NCBI GenBank assembly: GCA_964195005.1
Contig: CAXMOO010000089.1
Location: forward strand, 1-56,914
Direction: 5' to 3'
From: an uncultured Gammaproteobacteria bacterium
GTDB lineage: Bacteria > Actinomycetota > Acidimicrobiia > Spongiisociales > SHLN01
Length of the DNA: 56,914 nt
Part shown: piece after piece, positions 50,939 to 56,914 of the stretch
How the letters are laid out: every line of letters begins with the position of its first letter
Position numbering within the stretch: the stretch's first letter is position 1
Position numbers and translations under genes: made by a program
Notes under the pieces: model-generated
Database searches by the model: none
Told to the model about the DNA's origin: nothing
Seen by the model: the letters and a program-made list of their open reading frames with translations, nothing else

Positions 50939-51625
50939 ATGTGGAGCGAACTCATCCTCGGCCTCGATCTTGCCCCGGGAGGCGAGATTTTGATGGCCGG
51001 TGAGGGCGTAGCGGAGATCGAGCTTCCCCAGGGTGCGGGTCAGCGCTGGAGCAATGGAGACCTGGTTGTCATCACTCGTGGCGATCCCCCGGCCGAAAGC
51101 GCGACCATCCTCGCGTCTGGATTAGAGGCAAACAGCATGGATCTGGTGATTCTCCGTGACGCCGGCGGATCCCATCGCAGGCTGCCGAAAGTTCTGCGGG
51201 AGGCTTATCGAGTGTTGAAGCCAGGGGGCGGGTTGCTCATGACCGAGCTAAATGCTGAGGCGCTTCTCGACTCGACTCCGCAGCACTACCTGCAGCGGCT
51301 GCTCTCCCAAGCTCATCCCCACGTCGGCGAGTACCTGCTGGATACTCACCCCGCAGCGCTGGACTTCGCCATCGAGGTTGTACGGGCCGGTTTCAAAGAC
51401 GCCGACTCATACAGCCTGGATTTCCCGCTCGGCCACTTCGACGACTATCAGGCCCATACCGACTTTGTCGCCGTGGACGGCTGGCGGGGGCTTGATCGCT
51501 TATCGGTGGACGATCGCGACCTGTTTCTCCTTGATCTGCCGGACCTCGTTAGCCGGGTCGTGCCCGGCGACAGCTTCTTCGACCTGGAGCCCATCACTGT
51601 GGCCCGGGGCTTCAAGCCTGTTTGA
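50939..51625 (+). CDS. putative class I SAM-dependent methyltransferase-like protein
   Basis: 228 aa. ...MDLVILRDAGGSHRRLPKVLREAYRVLKPGGGLLMTE resembles MTase motifs II and III. The N-terminal SAM motif is atypical. Confidence 0.5.
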   Translation: MWSELILGLDLAPGGEILMAGEGVAEIELPQGAGQRWSNGDLVVITRGDPPAESATILASGLEANSMDLVILRDAGGSHRRLPKVLREAYRVLKPGGGLLMTELNAEALLDSTPQHYLQRLLSQAHPHVGEYLLDTHPAALDFAIEVVRAGFKDADSYSLDFPLGHFDDYQAHTDFVAVDGWRGLDRLSVDDRDLFLLDLPDLVSRVVPGDSFFDLEPITVARGFKPV

Positions 51626-51630
51626 CGGAA

Positions 51631-51702
51631 GGGGGAGCAGCTCCCACCAATTACGGCTTCCCCTCCTCGCCTTCGCTTCGCTCAAGCGGTCCTCCCCCAG
51701 GA
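51631..51702 (-). repeat. structured G/C-rich repeat (family 2), copy 2, 28 nt downstream of the Nfu_N gene stop
   Basis: The reverse complement of 51660..51702 matches 19623..19665 at 42 of 43 positions. The stem pairs GGGGGAG (51631-37) with CTCCCCC (51692-98). Confidence 0.75.
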
Positions 51703-51729
51703 TGACAAAGAGGTCTCGGATGGAAGCTT

Positions 51730-51984
51730 CTATCTGAAGCGCTCCTCGAGGATTTGTTTGGCCTCCTCAGCGATAACGGCCCAATCGCCATCGGGGCCGC
51801 GGGTGAGCGTCACGAAGTCTGATGTCATGAAGACGCTCGTCACTCCCGGCAGGTTGGCCAACGCCTGGGCCGTAGGATCATCCGATTCCTGGCCGGCAAC
51901 GACGGTGGTTGGCCCCCCAACGTCCTGGCCGACGGTGAATTTGAGGGCGTTGGGGTTCGGCGTTTGCTCGATGCTCACTGGCAT
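51730..51984 (-). CDS. Nfu/NifU N-terminal domain (Nfu_N) scaffold-like protein
   Basis: The ATG at 51984 gives MPVSIEQTPNPNALKFTVGQ...LANLPGVTSVFMTSDFVTLTR, 84 aa. The ORF track extends to 52626, antisense to moaA. Confidence 0.75.
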   Translation of the reverse strand: MPVSIEQTPNPNALKFTVGQDVGGPTTVVAGQESDDPTAQALANLPGVTSVFMTSDFVTLTRGPDGDWAVIAEEAKQILEERFR

Positions 51985-52032
51985 GGCCCCATGGTAACCG
52001 GCGGGTGGTAGTTGTCGGATAAGAGTTAGCCT

Positions 52033-53034
52033 GTGGTCATGCTCGACACAATGCAACGGCCCTTGCAGGATCTGAGGATCTCGGTTACCGACCGGTGCAA
52101 CTTCCGATGTGGCTATTGCATGCCTAGAGAGATCTTCAACCGTGAGTATCAGTTCCTGGCTCGCGATCAGCTTTTGAGTTTTGAAGAGATCACCCGGGTG
52201 GCGCGAATCCTGGTTGAGAAGGGTGTGTCCAAGATCCGTCTCACAGGCGGTGAGCCCCTGCTGCGTGCCCAGCTGGAACGGTTGGTCGAGATGCTCGCCT
52301 TTGATGATGTGGACCTCACTCTCACCACCAACGGCTCGTTTCTGTCCCGTAAAGCGCAGGTACTGGCGGATGCCGGGCTGACGCGAGTGACGGTGAGCCT
52401 CGACTCCCTCGATGATGACGTTTTCCAAACGATGAATGACGTCGAGTTCCCGGTGGCGGGTGTCCTGGAGGGTCTCGAGGCCGCCAGTGCTGCGGGTCTG
52501 GGCCCCATCAAGATAAACGCCGTCGTGAAACGCGGTGTGAACGACCACACGATTCTGGAAATGGCACGGCATTTCAAGAACACCAGCCACATCTTGCGGT
52601 TCATCGAGTTCATGGACGTGGGGCACACGAATGGCTGGCGCCTCGATGACGTAGTGCCTGCCGCCGAGATTCTGGCGACGATTGCCGCCGAGCTGCCGTG
52701 CGAGCCTGTGGAGCCCAACTACACCGGTGAAGTGGCCCGTCGCTATCGCTTTCTGGACGGAACCGGGGAGTTCGGGATCATCTCGTCTGTCAGTCAGCCC
52801 TTCTGTGGCAACTGCACCCGTTTGCGGCTGTCGGCCGAGGGAGTTCTCTACACCTGTCTTTTTGCGACGGATGGGAACGATATCCGAGCCATTCTGCGGG
52901 AAGGGGCGTCGGATGAGGATCTGGCGAGTTTCGTCGACAACGTTTGGAAGGCCCGCACCGACCGGTATTCCGAACTGCGCTCATCTCAAACCAGCGGGCT
53001 CGACAAAGTCGAGATGAGTTACATCGGCGGCTGA
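52033..53034 (+). CDS. moaA: GTP 3',8-cyclase (molybdenum cofactor biosynthesis protein A)
   Basis: [18 protein letters not shown] is the radical SAM motif. ...LTGGEPLL... follows, and the C-terminal cluster motif is [13 protein letters not shown]. The start is GTG 52033 or ATG 52039. Confidence 0.93.
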   Translation: MVMLDTMQRPLQDLRISVTDRCNFRCGYCMPREIFNREYQFLARDQLLSFEEITRVARILVEKGVSKIRLTGGEPLLRAQLERLVEMLAFDDVDLTLTTNGSFLSRKAQVLADAGLTRVTVSLDSLDDDVFQTMNDVEFPVAGVLEGLEAASAAGLGPIKINAVVKRGVNDHTILEMARHFKNTSHILRFIEFMDVGHTNGWRLDDVVPAAEILATIAAELPCEPVEPNYTGEVARRYRFLDGTGEFGIISSVSQPFCGNCTRLRLSAEGVLYTCLFATDGNDIRAILREGASDEDLASFVDNVWKARTDRYSELRSSQTSGLDKVEMSYIGG

Positions 53035-53040
53035 CCCGGG

Positions 53041-53889
53041 CTACATGGGTCTGATCACGTGCCTGCGAACCCACGACGCGGTGGGTATGGCGATGATCCC
53101 CGCCCACAGCGGGCTCAGAGCGGGAGCGATGGGCCCACCGGGGTATAAGAACCCGGCTATCAGCACCGCTGCCACCAGGAGGCGAGCTGCCAGCACGCGG
53201 TTCTCGGCCAGCTGCTCCTTGCGAAAGTCACCCCGGGCTGTTGGTGGCCGCACCATGAGGAGCGCGGCCGCCACCGCCATCAGAACGATCGCCCCGCCGA
53301 TCCATTCTCCAACGGTCGGGGCTTCCCTGGCAAGATCGTCTGCCCACCAGGCGGCCGCTGCAACGGCGGCGACGGTCATCAATGTTGCCGTATAGAGGCT
53401 CCTGCTTGGTCCAGATGGATACAGGATGCGATCGGCGAATACGGCCAGGATCAACGCACCGGCGGCAGGCCAGTTCTCGGGCTGTGATCCAAGGTATGCG
53501 GAACCACCCACAAGGAGCGCTCCATCGAACCAACTTGGTGAGAGCCCGGTGGTGCGGACCACGATCCGGGCGGCAGCCAGTACGGCTATTGAACCGCTGA
53601 TAGAAGGTGGGCCGAGAATGAAGAATGGCAGTATTACCAGGGGCGCCATTGCCGCGGAAGCCGGTTCATCGGGGTCGAGCTCCCGGCCCAGTGCCCAGGC
53701 GAGAAACACTCCGACCAGAACTCGAAGGGCCCAAAACCAGGGCTCGTCGCCGGTTGTGCTGAGCCGCCAAAACAGTGTGGCGATCGCGGCTAGTCCGGCA
53801 ACGACGAGCGCGTAGCGGTTCGATCTATCGCGCAGGTCGATCGTCCGTGCGATGCCGGTGGTGATTCGGGGTCTTTTTGATGAAGCCAT
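53041..53889 (-). CDS. polytopic integral membrane protein, function unknown
   Basis: 282 aa with about 8 hydrophobic segments. No family recognised. Confidence 0.5.
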   Translation of the reverse strand: MASSKRPRITTGIARTIDLRDRSNRYALVVAGLAAIATLFWRLSTTGDEPWFWALRVLVGVFLAWALGRELDPDEPASAAMAPLVILPFFILGPPSISGSIAVLAAARIVVRTTGLSPSWFDGALLVGGSAYLGSQPENWPAAGALILAVFADRILYPSGPSRSLYTATLMTVAAVAAAAWWADDLAREAPTVGEWIGGAIVLMAVAAALLMVRPPTARGDFRKEQLAENRVLAARLLVAAVLIAGFLYPGGPIAPALSPLWAGIIAIPTASWVRRHVIRPM

Positions 53890-53961
53890 TCGGGTGAGCT
53901 AAAAGCTAGTGGGCACAGTGCACGGAGGGAGCTCTGCTCTCGAAGGGCGTAACCTGCCACC

Positions 53962-55068
53962 GTGGTCATGTTGCGATTTGCCATTTACATTTTGGGTCTG
54001 GCGCTGGTTGCCGGGACGTTGCTGTCGGTGACCAGGACGGTGGTGCTTCCCCGCAGCGCCCAGAGCCTGCTGGGGCGAATGGTTTTCCGTTCGGTAAGTG
54101 CGGTTTTCAGGATTATTGCCGGCGAGCGAAGCTCCTTCGCCTGGCGCGACCAGGTGATGGCGCTGCTAGCCCCGATTGGCTTGCTGACGCTGATTGTGGT
54201 TTGGGTGATCCTGGTTTTGATTGGCTATATGGGGATGTTCTGGGCGGTGCAGGACCAGGGCTGGTCGGAGGCATTCTTCATCAGCGGCTCTTCGCTTCTC
54301 ACTCTGGGATTCGCCGGAGCCGAGACCTTCTGGGAGCGGCTTCTCGCTTTCACCGAGGCGACTATCGGCCTCGGTCTGGTGGCTTTGCTCATTTCCTTCT
54401 TCCCTGCCCTCTATTCCAACTTTCAGCGCCGCGAACGCAAAGTCGGCGAGCTCGAAGTTCGGGCCGGCACTCCGCCGTCGGCGGTCGTCTTTGTACGTCG
54501 TCATCACGCCATCGGCTGGCTCGGCGACATGCGCCGAGTATGGCTCGACTGGGAGGCCTGGTTTCTCGACATACAGGAAAGTCACACGTCCTACCCGGCG
54601 TTGAACTTTTTTCGGTCGCCGATGCCCGACCATCATTGGGTCACGGCCGCAGGCACAGTCCTGGACTCGGCGGGGCTGGTAGTGGCAGCTTGCGATCTTC
54701 CGGATCAGCCGGAAGCGCAAGTCTGCATTCGCGCCGGCTTCATCGCGCTGAGACGAGTCGCCGACTTTTTCGGGATCGAATACGACCCCGATCCGGCACC
54801 CGACGACCCCATCAGTATCAGCCGAACCGAGTTCGACGAAGCATACGCTGCGCTGGCTGAAGCTGGGGTGCCGCTCAAGCCCGACATCGATCAGGCCTGG
54901 ACAGATTGGGCCGGCTGGAGGGTGAACTATGACACCGTGCTGCTCGACCTGGCAGAGCTGACAATGGCGCCATACGCTCCGTGGACTGCCGACCGTTCTA
55001 GTCCCCGGCACGTACAGCCCCGGTTGCGTCGCTGGGGCAAGCGGGTCGCCGTCAAACTCACGCCCTAA
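53962..55068 (+). CDS. membrane protein with possible ion-channel-like pore region, function unknown
   Basis: 368 aa. TM segments flank ...FFISGSSLLTLGFAGAETFWERLLAFTEATIGLGLVALLISF..., which is reminiscent of a pore helix and filter but lacks the canonical TxGYG. A soluble C-terminal half follows. Confidence 0.4.
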   Translation: MVMLRFAIYILGLALVAGTLLSVTRTVVLPRSAQSLLGRMVFRSVSAVFRIIAGERSSFAWRDQVMALLAPIGLLTLIVVWVILVLIGYMGMFWAVQDQGWSEAFFISGSSLLTLGFAGAETFWERLLAFTEATIGLGLVALLISFFPALYSNFQRRERKVGELEVRAGTPPSAVVFVRRHHAIGWLGDMRRVWLDWEAWFLDIQESHTSYPALNFFRSPMPDHHWVTAAGTVLDSAGLVVAACDLPDQPEAQVCIRAGFIALRRVADFFGIEYDPDPAPDDPISISRTEFDEAYAALAEAGVPLKPDIDQAWTDWAGWRVNYDTVLLDLAELTMAPYAPWTADRSSPRHVQPRLRRWGKRVAVKLTP

Positions 55069-55151
55069 CGAGAGAAGGCCCGCCGAGGCCGCTCTTCAGG
55101 ATCGCCGGGACCGGGCGGCCCCTTGCATGGTGCCGTTACCCGGTCACATCG

Positions 55152-56258
55152 CTACATAACCGCTCGCAACGCCTGAATGAATCGCAACGCGTTCTCCTTG
55201 CGAGCGCCGAAGCCCATCAGCCCGATTCGCCAGATCTTGCCGGCATATTCCCCGAGGCCCCCACCGATTTCGATGTCCATGTCGTTGAGCAGCACCTGCC
55301 GCAAGTCGTCTTTGACGCCCGGGGGAAGCCGGGCCGAGGTCAAATGCGGTAAGCGATAGTCCTCGGCGGCGAACAAATCGAAACCCATGTCGACCAGCTC
55401 ACCCTGCAGGAACTCGCCGACCTCACGATGCCGGTTCCAGCGCTCTTCGAGGCCCTCTTGCAGCACGAGGCGGAGACCCTCCCACAGTCCGTAGATCATC
55501 GAAATCGGTGCAGTGTGATGGTACGAACGGGAAGCCTCGCCGTCTTCCCAGTATTGGCGAATCATCGAGACATCGAAGTACCACGATTGCACCGGCATGG
55601 TGCGATCGGCGACGGATTGCAGGGCGCGGCTGGAGAAAGTTATTGGTGCGAGCCCGGGGGGAACACTGAGACACATCTGAGTGGCGGAGAAGCAGACGTC
55701 GATACCCCATTTGTCGACCTCGAGGGGGACACCTCCCAACCCGGTAACGGAGTCGACAATCAGCAGCGGCGCCGGGCCGATCTCGCGCCGTATCAGTTCG
55801 ACCGGCGTGTGGGCTCCGGTCGAGGTTTCTGCCTGGACCACAGCCACCGCCTTGGCGTTCTGTTCCCGGGCCACCTTGCCGAGCTCTTCGGCGTCGGTGA
55901 TGGCGCCCCAGGGGGCGTCAACCGTCGTTACCGCCGCGCCGACCCTGGCGGCGGCATCGGCCATACGGGCGCCGAACAGACCGTTGACGCCGACAACGAT
56001 CGAGTCTCCCGGCTCCAGAATATTGACGACTGCCGCCTCCATCCCGGCGCTACCGGTGCCCGGGATCGGAAAGGTGAGGCGATTGCGAGTGCGAAACACC
56101 TGGCGCAGATGCTCGGCCGTCTGGTCCATGATTCGAACGAACTCCGGATCGAGGTGGCCGACCACGGGCTTGGTCATTGCCCGGAGGACGCTGGGCTCGA
56201 CCGGCGAAGGCCCGGGGCCGAGCAGCAGCCGGTGGGGAGGTGTGAGCGGGGACTTCAT
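55152..56258 (-). CDS. class V aminotransferase (serine-pyruvate/alanine-glyoxylate aminotransferase-like)
   Basis: The ATG at 56258 gives MKSPLTPPHRLLLGPGPSPVEPSVLRAM..PVVGHLDPEF..., 368 aa. The ORF track extends to 56795, antisense to the next gene. Confidence 0.85.
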   Translation of the reverse strand: MKSPLTPPHRLLLGPGPSPVEPSVLRAMTKPVVGHLDPEFVRIMDQTAEHLRQVFRTRNRLTFPIPGTGSAGMEAAVVNILEPGDSIVVGVNGLFGARMADAAARVGAAVTTVDAPWGAITDAEELGKVAREQNAKAVAVVQAETSTGAHTPVELIRREIGPAPLLIVDSVTGLGGVPLEVDKWGIDVCFSATQMCLSVPPGLAPITFSSRALQSVADRTMPVQSWYFDVSMIRQYWEDGEASRSYHHTAPISMIYGLWEGLRLVLQEGLEERWNRHREVGEFLQGELVDMGFDLFAAEDYRLPHLTSARLPPGVKDDLRQVLLNDMDIEIGGGLGEYAGKIWRIGLMGFGARKENALRFIQALRAVM

Positions 56259-56294
56259 TACGGAGACGGTACCAGGCGTCGTTATTGTGATTCG

Positions 56295-56914
56295 ATGGAG
56301 CTGAGAGATCGGGTTGTGGTGGTCACCGGGGCGGGAAGCGGGATCGGGGCGGCGTTGGCCCGGCGCTTCCATAGGGCGGGCGCGCGACTGGTGGCGGTAG
56401 CGGACATCGATGTCGAATCGGCCCGGGGAGTAGCTGAGGGCATAGGTGGCCTCGCGTTCGGGCTCGATGTCGCCGACGGGAACGCGGTGGCGGTAATGGT
56501 GGAGGAGATCACCGCCGAACACGGCCCCATCGACCTCTTTTGTGCCAACGCCGGCATCGCGGTCGGTGGCGGTGTCGAGGCTGGCGATGAAGCGTGGCAA
56601 CGCATCTGGGAGGTCAACGTGATGTCCCAGGTCTATGCCGCCCGGGCAGTGCTGCCGCAGATGATCGCCCGCGGCGAGGGTTACCTGCTGCTGACGGCCT
56701 CTGCCGCCGGCTTGCTCACACAACTCGACGCCGCTCCATACTCCGTTACCAAGCACGCATCGGTCGCCCTGGCCGAGTGGCTGGCCATCACCCACGCCGG
56801 GGATGGAATCAGGGTGTCTTGCCTGTGCCCGCAGTTTGTCAACACTCCCATGGCCGAGGCGGCTTCCATCACTCCCGGGTCTGCCGCCTGGGTTCAGAGC
56901 GTTCTCATCGAGCC
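56295..56914 (+). CDS. short-chain dehydrogenase/reductase (3' end beyond the window)
   Basis: Read by hand from the ATG at 56295: MELRDRVVVVTGAGSGIGAALARRF...CANAGI...YSVTKHA. It is not in the ORF track because there is no stop inside the window. Confidence 0.8.
   Translation, partial: MELRDRVVVVTGAGSGIGAALARRFHRAGARLVAVADIDVESARGVAEGIGGLAFGLDVADGNAVAVMVEEITAEHGPIDLFCANAGIAVGGGVEAGDEAWQRIWEVNVMSQVYAARAVLPQMIARGEGYLLLTASAAGLLTQLDAAPYSVTKHASVALAEWLAITHAGDGIRVSCLCPQFVNTPMAEAASITPGSAAWVQSVLIE

Noticed and set aside
51985-52032. Possible Moco riboswitch upstream of moaA.
   Set aside because: Only about 48 nt separate moaA from the divergent Nfu_N gene, which is far too short for the roughly 130-nt Moco RNA motif.

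Overview
This is a GC-rich chromosomal segment of actinobacterial type. WhiB, a GSII glutamine synthetase, ask with an internal beta-subunit start, frequent GTG/TTG starts and poly-Thr linkers in secreted proteins all point that way, possibly to an Acidimicrobiia-like lineage; that assignment is inference only. I call about 60 protein genes and one tRNA, and found no rRNA, CRISPR array, transposase or integrase.

Gene content by region:
- 0-9.5 kb: small enzymes and lipoproteins (GNAT, Tam, VOC, DUF2237, OsmC), a class III cyclase-TPR protein and a split methyltransferase.
- 9.7-16.6 kb: a hybrid phosphorelay kinase, a secreted S8 peptidase, dodecin and a rhomboid protease.
- 16.9-19.6 kb: dnaX-ybaB-recR.
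- 20-27.5 kb: thiolase, methylmalonyl-CoA epimerase, a sensor kinase, a PHP phosphoesterase, a cyclophilin and ask-asd.
- 28.6-32.2 kb: tRNA-Pro, CorC/CNNM with a receiver protein, NfeD and WhiB.
- 32.2-37.1 kb: selB-selA and a pabB-pabC fusion.
- 37.2-46.6 kb: an MBL hydrolase, an M23 peptidase, a hydrolase-cyclase fusion, a CHRD protein, Mrp, an A-type Fe-S carrier, RidA and glnII.
- 46.7-49.1 kb: a folate block (SDR, folB, folK-folE fusion).
- 49.1-56.9 kb: moaA, an Nfu_N protein, membrane proteins, a class V aminotransferase and an SDR.

Observations most worth follow-up:
1. A class I methyltransferase is interrupted by a single in-frame TGA directly after a Cys. A small hairpin sits at SECIS distance, and the window also encodes selA-selB, so this is a candidate Cys-Sec selenoprotein.
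2. A 76-89 bp hairpin-containing element occurs twice. Each copy is flanked by a 37-44 bp direct duplication of a gene terminus (thiolase 3' end, folB 5' end).
3. Several related G/C-rich structured repeats sit just downstream of stop codons. They fill a 530-bp convergent intergenic region, and one pair shows a compensatory stem change.
4. The 3' end of tRNA-Pro is duplicated 75 nt downstream, which looks like an att-type scar.
5. The folK-folE and pabB-pabC fusions are unusual. Two AT-rich tandem motifs place TAA in all three reading frames at gene ends.

All calls rest on reading the sequence and the ORF translations. No database search was run.
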